Position numbers and translations under genes: made by a program
Assembly: GCF_964355755.1 (NCBI RefSeq)
Contig: NC_092677.1
Span: forward strand, 21,935,175 to 21,999,174
Direction: 5' to 3'
Source: Antedon mediterranea
Lineage: Eukaryota; Animalia; Echinodermata
Length of the DNA: 64,000 bases
Notes under the pieces: generated by a model
What the model was told of the DNA's origin: nothing
Databases searched by the model: none
What the model saw: the letters and a program-made list of their open reading frames with translations, nothing else
Part shown: positions 1 through 13,310 of the stretch, in pieces
How positions within the stretch are numbered: position 1 is the first letter of the stretch
Layout: every line of letters starts with the position of its first letter

Positions 1-209
1 TTGTAATAGGGCTAGATCTTAAATTATACAGTATTAAAATAAAATAATCATGGGTTAATAAAATTAATTTATCTTACAATTTATTTAAGGGCTATATCCA
101 AGGAGATACTGTAATAAAAAATATTTATTTCAGATTAATAAAATAAAATAGGAAGTACATTTAAATATATAATAAATTATATATTTAAATGTTTATAAAT
201 TATAATTAT

Positions 210-465
210 AAATCCAAAGGCAAATTACTGAAAAAAATGACAATGCTGTGGGTATCAGTGGCTGGATCTCAATTGAGATACAAAAATAAAAAGCGAAAAG
301 CTAAATCAAAACGATAAAGTAAACAGCCAGAAAAGTTAGCAGAGCTTTCGGGCAACACTAGCCCTTCATCAGTGCAAGTGAAGGAATTTGGATAACGTCA
401 GAGTATAAAGCTGGCAAGTGCTGCCTGGGTGGACAGGAATAAAAGAAATATAACAAAGGAAGCCA
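210..465 (-). mobile_element. Penelope-like element terminal-repeat (pLTR) fragment in TA-rich sequence
   Basis: Contains a minimal hammerhead motif on the minus strand and is flanked by TA-rich sequence. Its end (aaatccaaaggcaaattact...gctgtgggtatca) recurs at ~27764-27809 inside (TA)n. Confidence 0.55.
339..376 (-). ncRNA. Minimal type I hammerhead ribozyme
   Basis: Minus strand reads tgca CTGATGA a gggc-tagtgtt-gccc GAAA gc TC tgc. This gives an intact core, a 4-bp stem II, a 3-bp stem I (gca/tgc) and a palindromic AGCU mini stem III. Confidence 0.75.
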
Positions 466-1636
466 TATATTATAAATTATAATTATATATACATATATGA
501 ATATAATTATTGTAATTTAAATAAAAGTCGGTCTCAGATGTTGACCTGTGTACAGTAGGTCTCCCACTTGCCTAACGGTGGTAGTAGGCCTAGCTAGGCC
601 TAGCTAGTCTAATGTAGTGCGAGTGAGTGGCTGCCCATAATGTAAGTTAGGCTATTATTTATTGATTCATCACATTCTATCCTATATGAAATGCATCTTT
701 GGCTGGCACAAAAAGTTGGCCTAGGCCTAGAAAAAAGGTTTAGTCTACACGCACAACATCAGAAGGGTGGCCGTCCAGAATAGACAGGTCTAGATAGACT
801 AGTATATATAGAGAGAGGCATCAGTTATTCTGCATTTTTGTTTGCATTACAATTTTATTTATACTAAATCAACTCACTGACATTAGCAGCAGACGGCGTA
901 ATTATAAAAATGCCTAATAAACAAGTGAAAATAAACGAGCGATGACTACGCTCTATGTAGGCCCCAACCCGATAGCAGCCATTTTCCCATGTGTTTCAAC
1001 AACAAACAACAAAAACGATGACCAAACAGATGTGGTGACCTAGGTGACCTGAATATTAACCAATCAGGGACAAGGAATTTTATGCTAATTAGGTAAACCG
1101 TTGAACACATCGCGCAAGAAAACAAAAAACAAAGTTCGACACTTTTCTACTTTAAATACACATTTTCTGTTGTCCGATTTTGGTAGACTTTCTACAAGAC
1201 GTTTATAGTATTTTTATCTATCAAATAAGTGTATCAAATCATTTATTGCAATTTTGTCCACCAAAAATCGTAGATTGACTGGACTATCAGTTTCATTAAA
1301 TGTTTAATGTTGTCATTGTGTCCTCATTATTTTAATCACTGTTTGTCTTGTTGAAAAGGGAATCAATTTAACAGTATTGTCTAAAACGACCATACATAGT
1401 AAGCAACCACCTCTCTTAATTAAGAGTCCGCTTCTCATAATCGACAACGTCCTGTAATGACCACCTCTATTACGTGAACAATTTAGTAGCATTAATATAT
1501 AGATGATTTTGCTACAATGTGTTTGTTATGCACTAAATAATATTCTAATAAGTTCTAATGTTCAGATTATATTTAAAAAATATATTCTTATTATATATAT
1601 TTTACATTAAACAATAGGAAAACTTCACTGATAAAT

Positions 1637-2146
1637 AAGGCCCATATCCAGGGGAGGTTAAGGAGTTCAAACGAACCCTGCCGGTGTAAATACATAATAA
1701 TTCTTTAACTTATTATATGGTGAAGCTGAGGTGGTGGTGAATATCATTCTTAACCTCATTAGGCCTACTGTACTGCCAAATTTATTTATTATTTAAAATA
1801 TTTGAATATATTGCTCATTTTCTCATGTCAGTTGTTGGCATAACTCTCCAAATTTTCTAGCCACAGTTCCGACCATGATGGAGGCTGAGTGGGTGAAACT
1901 CTCACTCACCGCCCCTACCACTAAAATTGGCTCTACCTAGTGTACATTTTGGATTCAATTATCTTTTTGATGTTTTATATAATTTATTCCAAGCTGGAAC
2001 TTGGATATGATTTTTCCAAATTTCTTATCTCTCAGTTGACACCTCTTCAGATAAATTAATTTTTAATACAATTTTTCGTCATTCTATCAAAGGCTCCACT
2101 TTTCCCAAATTTGCACCCCTCCATAAAAATCCTGGCTATGGGCCTG
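1637..2146. mobile_element. Degenerate hAT-like MITE
   Basis: Ends aggcccatatccagg ... cctggctatgggcctg form an imperfect TIR. Related pieces occur at ~33770-33925 and inverted at ~47900-48060. Confidence 0.5.
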
Positions 2147-2239
2147 AAGTTTGTTACTCTATTCTACTATTTTTTCTATTCTTTCCTATCTTAACATCCT
2201 ACACATTTCTTTCTATCTATATTCTATTTCTATTATTAG

Positions 2240-2356
2240 CCTCTTCTATTGATGTGTTTGAATTTCTGAGTCTTGGAGACATGTCTCCTGAATCTAAACA
2301 TGACCAATGCAAGTGGTCATCAAGTTCAGACAAATCAAGTCCTATAGCACTAAATA
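2240..2356 (+). CDS. FHOD3: Formin cassette exon, 117 bp, phase 1-1 (SSIDVFEFLSLGDMSPESK...PIALN)
   Basis: Long pyrimidine tract + tag acceptor, open frame, A|gtgagt donor. Carries the same helix motif as the giant exon. Confidence 0.7.
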
Positions 2357-2841
2357 GTGAGTGTCTCACATTTCTCATCAACTAATGTTGTGTTTTATTC
2401 TAATTGATAAGACATGAATAAATTTAGGATGTAATAACAGTGTGTGGATGGAAATTCAAGAATAAAATAAGCAAAAATGCCAGCGAGTTATAAATGAATT
2501 TAAATGCAGATGAATCAATGCTTATTTTTTACTACAAAAATACTGTAAAACTTATGCATGATTCAAGTTTTAGAAGTTGCACATGCTTCTTCATGGAATG
2601 ATTAACTAACAATACAATTAAAGTTCTAATGTACGGAATAAATATTTATTTAGTTTGGTTTCCTCTGCACATAATGAGGAAAAAGTCTCAATGCCAGGTC
2701 AATTTTAATCTTAGTCATCAACAAAGAATAGAGATTAAAAACAATATTTGTATTTAATGCATTATTGGGAATTTTTCCTTTTTTTGCACTGCTAAAACTA
2801 CACTATATCGTCCACTTTTCTTCATTTTCTCTTTAAAAAAG

Positions 2842-5800
2842 CTTGCACCAATACTGCTTTGCATGTATCGTGCAACAAGCATGTAAACAACAAACATCAT
2901 GACCAATCAAAAAAGATGTCTCAGTACTTAACTTCAGAAATCGTAGAAAACGGTTCAGAAATTCAAATAAATAATCCAGAAAATGAAATTAAGGAATGTA
3001 ATAAAGGTGACATTGAAAATGATGAAGATACATGCAAAACTGATCTAAACGATGTTAAAGGAAATTACAGTAACACAGGTCATATAAATAAACATTTTAA
3101 AAGTGAATTAGCAGTACACAATGAAACAAATGAAAACCGTCAGTCCTCTTATTTGAGGCCAGATAATGAGTGTAGAGATGATACCCTGGAAAATGATCAA
3201 TGTAATAAAAAACATTGTTCTATTGAGGATAAGGAAAAAACAACAAGTAAAATAACAAATGTAGATCGAAGACTCCAAGCTGATATGATTGATTTTGAGG
3301 ATGACACTGTGCTTAGATTGGCTGACGAGATAATTGAATTGGACCGCACTGAGGTGGCTGTGAATGAGACTATTAAACCTAAGCCTAGTTTATCTACTCA
3401 GTTTGAAGCAGATAGAGCACAGTTTAACTTGCATAAGGAAAACAATAATTCACAACTGTGTTGTAATGGAACTATTAAAATCATGGATAATGAGTCAGCA
3501 CAGCTTAAAGAAGATGATCGTAAAAACTTTGTGAGGATAGAAGATTTTGAAAAGGTAAAGTTTGGACCTGTTAGAAATACAAATGTTGATATCAACACAG
3601 CTGAGAAATCAAAGTTAAAGGATGAAATAACAAGCAATGCTTGTTTAAATAGCCCAGAAGCAAAATGTAAAAATTGTCCTGAAGCATGTATTGAAGATGA
3701 CGAACAAAGCAGTCAAGAAAGCAAAAGTGATATTGATAAAGTAGTGACAGAACAACAACTTCAGGCTATTTGTATTGAAAAATGCTATGGGGATGACTGG
3801 AATGGAAAAAGTAACGAAAGGAAATCAAATCGAAGTAGTGGTGATTTTAGCTTGGATTATTTTGAAGATAGCTTGTCATACCCTGTGATTTCCTTAACAG
3901 AACCGCCTAACACACTTATCCCCTATGTAGAATATTGTCCTTCTGTAGGTGATACATCTGATGAGTATTTATCATGTGAGGATGATGAAGCCAATACATT
4001 AGAAAGAGACCTTGTACTGGATGTCAATTTACAATCTGATAATGAAAGCGAAGAAGAATTATCACAAATTTTAAATAATAATTCATCTTTTAAACACAAA
4101 AAATCATTAGATCATGATGAAGTGGAAAATGATGTGATAAGAATCACAGATGATTTTAATGATCAGAAGAAAACAGTTTTAATTGAAGATAAATATGTTC
4201 AAAATGAAGGTAAAATTATAAAAGGCTGTATTGAAAAAAGAAAGTATTTGAATGATAAATTGATTTTGTGTGATTCTGATTCCGGTGTAGGTGATGAGGA
4301 TTCGGGTGTTCCTGTAAATGAAAGTGAAGATAATCAAGGTTTAATTGTTGTGCACAAAGATATTTCTGAATGTGTCTATGATGGTGTTTACAGCAGGAGG
4401 GCTGGTAACATTTTAGAAAACAGGAACGTTGAAGTGTGCAAAGTCCTGGGTCAAGAGGTTAACAATATCTCTATTGATAAAAACAAGCTGGCTTTTGAAA
4501 CCCAGCCTGAGCTTGAAAAGCCTGAGGCAATACCCAAGTCTATGCATTCATTTGATGTGGATAAAAAGAATATTAACAATCATGTTGGAAACGTGTCTGT
4601 AGATACAGGTGATTCCTATCCAAACAGAAATAGCTCTGGGCAAAATGGATACATGCAAATTATAAAAGATGAAGATATATCTTACAGTGAAAGTAAAACT
4701 AATGATAAAATAGGGGTTGACAATTTCTGTTGTGGATCTTGTATTACTGGAGGGAAAACTACAGTTGTGAAACCACAATCCAAGGGTAAAAGTCATCAGA
4801 TACAAAAAGAAAATAACCAACAATTACAGGTACCCTGCCAAGAACTTGGTAGCAGTTGTTATGTAGGGTTATTTCAAGGTAAGTCACCTGCCTTGCCTCA
4901 TGTTGAAAACAGTAATCTAATTGGGAATTCTGTATTGGATAATACATTTTTAGATAAAAGTGAGAGAATTCTACCTCAGACAAATGGCACCAATTCCTGC
5001 AATGAGACAACAGATACAAATGTTGAACATGGATTAGTATGTCTATCAAGTGATGCTAAACATATTAATGTGGAAGATGGATTGAAGCCAACATGTACTT
5101 CATTGTGTATGCCTCATACCTTAATGACAAATGATGAGGTTGTTAACAAGAAAGATGAAAACCAGATAATATACTCTGATGATATTAATATGAGATTGAT
5201 ACCAATTGATGAAACATTTGATAATCATAATTCTATTTTGGAAAATAAAGTTCCTAATAAAATCGATGAAAACGACACAGAGAACCTAGATTTACAAGGC
5301 AGACAAGATAATGAATCCACTAATTTTAAAAATGTTCCTACTCATTTGTCTTTAGAAAGAGGAAGTAATATTGATGAGAAACAATGTAACAACACTATAG
5401 GCAACAGCACCAAAGAAGAGGATATTGAAGTGCATTTAGATGATGAGATTGACAGTTCTGAGAATGTTGATATAGAATATGTTTGTGAACAATTATGTAA
5501 TATAGAAGTAAAGCCCAAGAACAATGTCAATGAAAGTAAAGATACCAATACAGATGAAAACACTAATAATTTACATCCATTTAATCAGGAATTAAAAGAC
5601 AAGAATGATGGTCCTTTGGATTCTGAAAATGTGGTAATTGCTGCACATAATGATTGTTTCTCAAGTACAAGCTCTCAAATTGAATGCAATATGGAAGGTC
5701 AACCAATAGAAATAGAAATTTCTCAAATCTCTACTGAATCTGACTTGATCGGAAATGACATTTTACAATGTTTGACTAAAGAAGTAGCAATTAAGATGAG

Positions 5801-8800
5801 TACATCAGATTGTAATTATAAAGAGATGAACAAAATTGTTCATAATGATCAAATGCTTTCAATTGAAGATGAAATTATAGTTCTTCAAGATTCTAATCTA
5901 AGAGAAGAGCCAGCCAGTGAAAAACAGAGAATAGGGCTAGAATATGACGTACCAGGAACACCAGTTCAAGTCAATAAGGAAAAAGTCGTTGAGCATGAAG
6001 ACACTCATGATTTTAATAATTTCTATGTAAAAGAAACTGAGCAAAATGTAAGCACATCTTTAAATGATGAAAGTAAATCTGATAAATGCAATAATTTGTT
6101 ATTACATGAAAGACAAACTAAAAAGAGAACTCATAAGAAATCACCAGAGCCATCTTTGTTTCAAGTAGCAGAGAAAGTTAGCCATGACCAGAGAAATGCA
6201 ATCATGGATGATGTTCAAGACATTCTTCTGCTTCTTAGTATGGGTGATTCTAGCTTTGGTAGTACAGAAGAAAAAGATGAAGAAACATACATCAACTCAC
6301 CTGATGATACTATTATCAAGGAGAACAGTCAAGATGATGATAATGATGATGAACGTACAGAAATGGATGTTGGGTATGATCAGTTTGATACAGACATAGA
6401 AGATGAAATAGATACTGACAGAAAGGAAGATAACACAGGTGAAATTTACATAGATGAAAACCCATTGAAAAATAAAACATCTATTGTAACTGATTCGTCA
6501 ACAAGTGCCACAGGTAGTATACATTTTGATGAATCAATTCATACAATTTCAAATAAAAGTATTTGTATAGATGAGCCTGTAACATTAAAAACTAACCAAC
6601 ACAAAGAGAACATCAGATCTGGTAAGTCAAATGAGGAAGAAGATTCTATTGGTTTCAGTGATACGGATGTAAATTTTACAGAGATTAATGTATGCAAGAA
6701 GTTAGTGGACTCTTTTGAAAATGAAATTTGTTTACCAGAGTGTACACCAAAATGCGTCAGTTTTACAGAAAAACAAGGTAATAATGAAGCATTGATGAAC
6801 CAATTACAAAATACAGCACTATCTAATTGTGGGGAAAACAAGATCATTCCTCCTGTAGATAAAACTAACATTATATCATCTTCAAATTATCTTGGTAATG
6901 ACTGTACTGATCCAAATATTTATTATAAAAGAAGAAGAGATAATTTAAATGGTAAAAGATGGGATGAGGATGATGAAATACTTAAACTATTAACTTCTGG
7001 CGTTTCTCAACCTGAACATACTGAAAAGGAAATGTCTTGTATGTCATTGAATAGAAGGTGGAATCATAAAATTGAAGAAAATTCTGACAAAAAAGAATTG
7101 GAAAATAGTAAAAAGGAATGTGAAAAATCTGTAGATGAAATAATTACCTATGATTCTCTACCTGATGTTAGCCCAAAGCCTAAAGAAAAGAAAGTTTTGG
7201 CAAAACCAAAACGTTGGAAAAAGCAAATTGAAGAAGAAGTGCTTACTGTTAAAGCGATTAAAATAAAGAAAGCCAAACAAAAGTGTGAAAGGACAGATGA
7301 TGATTTGCTCAAAATGTTAAAAGGTGGTGCTATAACTGACCAGATGAGATTGGCTGAGAAACAAAGTAAAAAACGAAAGGAAAGACGAATCAAGGAACAG
7401 AAAGAGGAAGAAGATGCACTCAATTTCTTAAAAGGTGGAATTGCAGACTTTGTAATCGAAGAGGAAAATTCATCCAATGAGAACACAGAATGCTCAGAGA
7501 TAATTGTAGATGCAAATACGAAAAAAGCTCTAAAGAAAGAACATTTAATTAATAAAGACACGCTAGAAATATCAATTGATACCGCATTTAAAGGAATGTC
7601 TAAAACAGAAGAGGAGAAAATGTTGGCCATGTTATCAGTACGTTCTAATTCTGACAAGAAAAAGAAAACAGAAGATGATAATTTGCTATTGCTTTTAAGT
7701 GAAGGAATCGAGGATGTAGATCTATTTGATGATTTCCAAGACACTCAAGTTGATGTTTCTGAATTGTCATATTATAAAGGCCTAGAGGAACATACAGATG
7801 TAAAAGAGGCTGAAAATGATGCAGATAGTATTGATGAAGAACTATCAGATGAAGAATATAAACATTTACCGGCAGATGAGGGATCCCTTTTGTTAATGTT
7901 ATCAACTGGTGCAATCAGTGAAAAGGAACAATTAGCACAAAAAGTAGCCTATGCTAAAAAAAGAGAAAAAGAGGAACAGAATGATTTGCTTTTGCTTTTG
8001 AGTAATGGAACACAACATTTAGAATTAGATATGTCTACATTCCACGAAAAGCAAGAAGAACATATTGCCAGTGACAAATACAATGATAATTACTTTGATT
8101 CTGAAAATTCAAATTCAGAAGTAGTTTATGTCACAGACCATACTATTTCACATGAAAGTCAAAATCATGTTGGTGCATCTCCAAAAAGCATTAGTATAGT
8201 TAGTGATGAAGATGAGATTCTTGCATTATTAAAATGTAGTAATAAACTTGTATTTGAAAGTGATACAAAAGGAGTTCCCCACCAATCACCAGTAGTTCCA
8301 CAAAAAACAATTTCAACATCAGAATTAAAAGAAACTTGTTCCAATGAAGGTAATAAGGCAAATGTTGAAATGTTGAATCCTATAGAAGAAACATGTACAG
8401 TGATAATGTCAAAGACAAATTGTAACTCAGATAGTCTGGAATTAGACACCCAAATAAACAAGAAATCAACTCAGCTGAGAATGATACCAATGGAAAAATC
8501 GGTACAAAGTAATTCAGATACCATTGGCAAAGATAAAATCCTAAGCACTTCTACTATGGTTAAGGAAGATGAAGCCAAAAGTGAAGATAAACTATGTAAA
8601 CAAGCATCAAGCTCCTTTCCTGTGGAAACATACAAAACAATTAGTGACGAAGATGCTGAAGCACTGTTTTCACTTTTGAAATCTGGTGATGAACCCACTA
8701 AAAATATAATGGCTTCATCAGGTGTTACACATGCACATAACTCACCAGTTGAAAATATGAAAATAGCGCATTCAACAGTAACAAATACTGAACACCAGGA

Positions 8801-8883
8801 TCAGGATTGTATGTTGAGAAATATTGATGAGATTAAACAAGATAAACCAAAGGTTACTGGCTCCTCCATAACTTCAGAGAACA
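2842..8883 (+). CDS. FHOD3: Giant formin exon, 6042 bp / 2014 codons, acidic, low-complexity, probably disordered; phase 1-1
   Basis: ORF 2859-9014 is open for more than 2000 codons in AT-rich DNA. Acceptor ttcattttctctttaaaaaag at 2841 and donor AAC A|gtgagt at 8883/8884 give a length divisible by 3. Confidence 0.8.
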
Positions 8884-9253
8884 GTGAGTATCTGCATGGC
8901 ATTGGGTGCTTGGAGTTCAGTGTTTTTAAACTTGTGCATGGCAAAGTATATAGTATTTTATTTAACATTAGGTGTATTGCTTTAGCATGTGTAATTTGTA
9001 TCCACAAGTTTTAACAATTTAATATTAGCTGATTAAATGGATAGGAGACCACTTAATTATTAAATTGATTGTCCTTTTCAAGTTTATCAATATTTAATAT
9101 GAATTTTATTGCACTTATAATTTATATTCGTATTAAATAAAATGTTATATAACCTTATATGCCATTATCAAGTACTATTATCATTATCAATATCATTGAC
9201 ATCATCAAGCACAAAATATTTAAAGCTTATGACACTTGTTTTCTTCCTTTAAG

Positions 9254-9298
9254 CCTGGTGGCCTGATAGCGCAGAAAGTCCTCAGTGTAGTCCTTACA
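9254..9298 (+). CDS. FHOD3: Formin microexon, 45 bp, phase 1-1 (WWPDSAESPQCSPY)
   Basis: ttcttcctttaag acceptor, A|gtgagt donor, open frame, GC-richer than flanks. Confidence 0.65.
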
Positions 9299-9929
9299 GT
9301 GAGTACAACACATCACCAGCACATCTCATAAAACAACAATGTTTAGTTAAATTAAAGCTTAGTTTCAACTTCAAAACCTGTCGTGATACACTGTACTATA
9401 TATACTACAATTATAGCATAATGATTCCATCACAAATACAATATGATTAGTGTAATTGGATAAAACGAAATTAGATGAAGTTGTTTAACTAGATATCTTT
9501 TTAAAATAGCCTTTTTGGTAGAAGCTTGTTATATGTAACCTCTGCTTTATGAGCGTATTATTTCTTATTTTTGTTTTTTGTTATTTATGTGACTTATGCC
9601 ATAAACTATTAACTGTTGTGATTGTAGTGAAAACAATTTTATTTCCCTAGATTCTTGTTCCAATAATGATTGTGCAAATATCGTTTGTGGAAGAAATATT
9701 AACTTTTAATTTGACATTGACTTGTTATTTCTAACCATAATAATACATTGGTACCATATTAGCATTCTTGTTTTTAAATAATATGGTTCAATGAAGCATA
9801 TTGTTTCCCTCTTAGTCTTGCCATCCTCAAATATAATATTCATTTCTCCTATTTAGAATAAAAAAAAAATATTGTACTGTTCTTGAATTCTAAATTGCTA
9901 TCTTTTAAATGCTTCTTTGATTTCTCTAG

Positions 9930-9962
9930 AGACTTTTCCTCCATCTGACAAACTGTATAATA
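9930..9962 (+). CDS. FHOD3: Formin microexon, 33 bp, phase 1-1 (TFPPSDKLYN)
   Basis: tttctctag acceptor, A|gtaagt donor, open frame. Confidence 0.6.
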
Positions 9963-10624
9963 GTAAGTTTTAGTTTTTACTTTTTAAAAAATTAGACGAT
10001 ACATGGTCTATTTCTGCTGCATAGCGCCGAATAAACCGTTCATAGATTTAAAATATAATTTGTATATTGACTGCATTTCTTCTCAATTTTTGCCCCTAAA
10101 TAACTGTTTAAATCGTTAGCATTACTCAAAATGCAATGGGTCCTGGTGGTTAATTCAAACGTTACTGCAGTATAGTTGACTGAAGGTCAGCGGCTGTCAA
10201 ACAACAGGTTAAATGGCACTGAATCAATTGGGTGTTTTTAACTGTTATTAATAAATTATTAGTAAATTTAATACTATTCTTCTAATTTGATTTGAGTTTA
10301 GCTGTTAAATAACATGAAAGAAACAATGAATATAAGAATTAATTTTGATTACATTATTTTTGTTATTTTTTAATTAGGGATATGGGTATAAATTCTAAAT
10401 GATGCTAACTTTTTATGGCAACACTCTTAAACTGAGAAACCTGTTATGATGGTAATTCTAAATTTGCCCATCAGTAGGCTTAGGCCTAATTTTTTTTTCT
10501 TCTATTATTTGTATTTTTCTTTTTATATCGCCTTAAATTAAAGTTTGTAAAAGTATTTCAAAATTGTAAACAATTTGATATTGTATGCCACTTTAGCTCA
10601 TATAACTAATTACAAGTGATTACC

Positions 10625-11379
10625 GGTATATTATAACACCTAAATAAATTTCTGTCATTTGATTGGACTATTGTGAGTCACATGGTGATCGTTAAATAGT
10701 ACTTTTTTTTGTGTCCGAAAAAAAATTATGTTCGCGTACGAAAAAATGTACACAATAACAAACAAAAACACTTGATTATATCGCCATGGAATTTTTTGAG
10801 AGATATACGTACTATTTTAGACCAAATTAGCATTTAAATTAGCTTTAGATCGTTGATGATTTTGATTAATTAATGGCAACAACTCAAAAAGACATGGAAT
10901 CGTAGAAACAAAATACAAAATTAGCCTCAATCACTTTCAGTTGCCAGGCGAAGTTTCGAAATGATATTGCTGACTTTCTAGCCTAAGCTAATATATACTA
11001 TTATTATAAAATCATATTATATAATAGCTTAGTCCACAAAGGCAGCAATACCCTTATAAAAATATATATAATTGTTTTGCAATATAAATAATGTTACAAA
11101 AGAACAAATAAATACTACTGTTTTCAATGTCAATGTGTATTATGTATATATATTATAATATCTGTATGCTTTTATTCAATCTGATTCAAATGACAGGAAT
11201 CTATTTAGATGTTATATAAAACCGATAATAATGAATGTTTTTATTCATGGAATGGTACAAATAATATCATTCGGTGAATGATGAAAAGTTATTTCCTTTG
11301 CCTCGTTAAAATATAACCTTTCATCATTCTCCTCATGCCATTATTTGTACCATTCCACTCATAAACATTCATTATTTGT
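10625..11379. mobile_element. Non-autonomous element with a long terminal palindrome; inverted copy at 61741-62526
   Basis: Collinear reverse-complement similarity to 61741-62526. 11228-11379 folds back on itself (aataatgaatgttt..ggaatggtacaaataat / attatttgtaccattcc..aaacattcattatt). Confidence 0.7.
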
Positions 11380-11433
11380 ACTATTTAATATTAGAACAAC
11401 CTATGAAACAATGCAGATGAAATAGTAGAATAT

Positions 11434-11900
11434 GACCCCATTTACACTTCAGCTTTTAGCGAGCCCGAGTCCGGCTCCGAGCCAAAAGTGCCCAAGTGTA
11501 AACACTCTGGGAACAACCGAGCCGGCCTCGAGCCGGCTCAATTTTGAGCCTAGTCTAGAGTAGGCTTCGGGCCGGCAATTACGGGCTTCGGGCCGGCACT
11601 TCGTAAATAGTGTAAACACTCGCGGTCATAAAATGAACGTTCTGGGTCAACCATAGTTTAAAGTTTACGAAACTTATTGGTGATGAACGGGAATTCTTCA
11701 TTGAAATTAAATTGGTGTATATATATATATATATATCTTATCATCGAGCACTCTTCCGTGAGAGCAAGTGTAAACACAATAGTAGGGGCCCGAGGCCGGC
11801 TTTTTGGGTAAGTGTAAACACATTGCGGGCTAAAAAGAAAGCCGGCGTCGGGCCGACTTGGGGCCGGCTAAGAAATCGTTGATGAAGAGTAAATGGGGTC
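11434..11900. mobile_element. PIF/Harbinger-like MITE
   Basis: TIR gaccccatttac / gtaaatggggtc, 3-bp TSD TAT on both sides, internal GC-rich repeats (gtgtaaacac, gagccggc). Confidence 0.75.
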
Positions 11901-12073
11901 TATGTGTAACCAGTTGCCCTTTGTTTATATTATGGTACTTTGGTTCAATTCAAATCAGAGCCAGAAGAATGAGATAGTGAATGGTTTGCAGACTTACAAA
12001 TGATTTCAACCTATATAATATTTAGTTATCATTGTTATGATATATTTATATTTGGTGATTGATTGATTGATAG

Positions 12074-12187
12074 ATTGGTGGAGTATGCACCATACTACAA
12101 AATCACATGCAACAATACAGGAAGAACCAGAATTGAGTTCAAAAGAGACAAAAACAGCAATCAATGTAGCATCTGAAGCTACGACAC
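12074..12187 (+). CDS. FHOD3: Formin cassette exon, 114 bp, phase 1-1 (WWSMHHTTKSHATIQEEPELSSKETK...EATT)
   Basis: tag acceptor after (gatt)n (weak pyrimidine tract), open frame, C|gtaaga donor. Confidence 0.55.
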
Positions 12188-12329
12188 GTAAGAATATCAA
12201 ACATGCTAGTTGCTATTGCAATACACACTAACATATATTTATATAACCGTTTTTTTTGCAGCTCAAATATTGGAATGGAATTCTAGGTTATAATAATAAT
12301 AGGCAATGTATAATTGGTTTGAAAAATAT

Positions 12330-12545
12330 AAATTTTTAATTTAGCATCGTTATCCTAGTATCTGGGCCGGTATACGACCTTTGGGAATAATGCTTAAACC
12401 ATGGAATTACAGTACTATAGTTTAGTTTATGATTATATTTTGTTTTGTACAGTAGGCAAGACTATATTTACATTAAACAAAATGATTGTTAAAACAAAAA
12501 TAATTGATAATAAATCATTATTTCTGAAGAAAGAACAATAATTAT
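12330..12545. repeat. Dispersed repeat shared with ~41645-41850
   Basis: tacagtacta..tttagtttatgattatatt..agtaggc.agactatatt..aataattgataataaatcattatttctgaa is present at both loci. Confidence 0.6.
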
Positions 12546-12896
12546 AAATGTTACGTCAAAAAGTTGAGCAGCATTTTTTGTAAGAAATATTTCTTGTTAT
12601 CAGTTTTCTTGCAGCCGGCCAATACAGTGGTTTGGAATGCAATTCTAGGTTTTCTTTGTATTATAATTTCATTATGGTTTTTAACAAGCATATTTAGTAA
12701 TTCTTTGGATTATTCTTTAAATTACTTTTTAATCGAATATTCATGTCTATAATTAAACAATATTTTTTGTAATGTACAAAACACAGTAATTGTGTGTAGA
12801 TTTCCGTTGCTTTTGGCTTTGTCATAGATTTTCATTGGTTCCTTTAAACACAGATTTAATTTATTGGACAAATAATTTTTAGGTTTCAAAATATTA

Positions 12897-13310
12897 GACT
12901 AGAAGGTATTCTTTTTTTGAAATACATGATTCCTGGTTTTATATGCATCAATGTCGACCTGCATGACAGAGGATGTGCATGTGTATTTTCTAAGATTCTG
13001 AGTAGAAGTTATTCTTTTTGTTGAAATACATGATTACTGGTTTTATGCATATCAATGTCTACCTGCATGACACAGGATGTGCATGTATATTTTCTGTTAG
13101 ATTCTGAGTAGAAGTTATTTTTTTTGTTGAAATACATGATTACTGGTTTGCATATCAATGTCGACTTGCATGACAGAGGATGTGCATGTGTATTTTCTGT
13201 AAGATTCTGAGTAGAAGTTATTCTTTTTGTTGAAATATATGATTTCTGGTTTTATATGCAGATTTCAATAACTTGCATGATAGGATGTGCATGTGTATTT
13301 TCTAGATTCT
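12897..13310. repeat. Tandem repeat, unit ~105-110 bp, about 4 copies
   Basis: Recurring agaagttattctttttgttgaaatacatgatt..ctgcatgacagaggatgtgcatgtgtattttct..agattctgagt. Confidence 0.9.

Noticed and set aside
3398-9007. Short antisense and alternate-frame ORFs over the giant exon
   Set aside because: Shadow ORFs of the biased coding strand, with no domain signal.
2859-9014. Stand-alone 2051-aa single-exon gene as given by the ORF track
   Set aside because: It starts at TTG just after a good acceptor. The hydrophobic tail after 8883 follows a consensus GTGAGT donor and looks like intron read-through.
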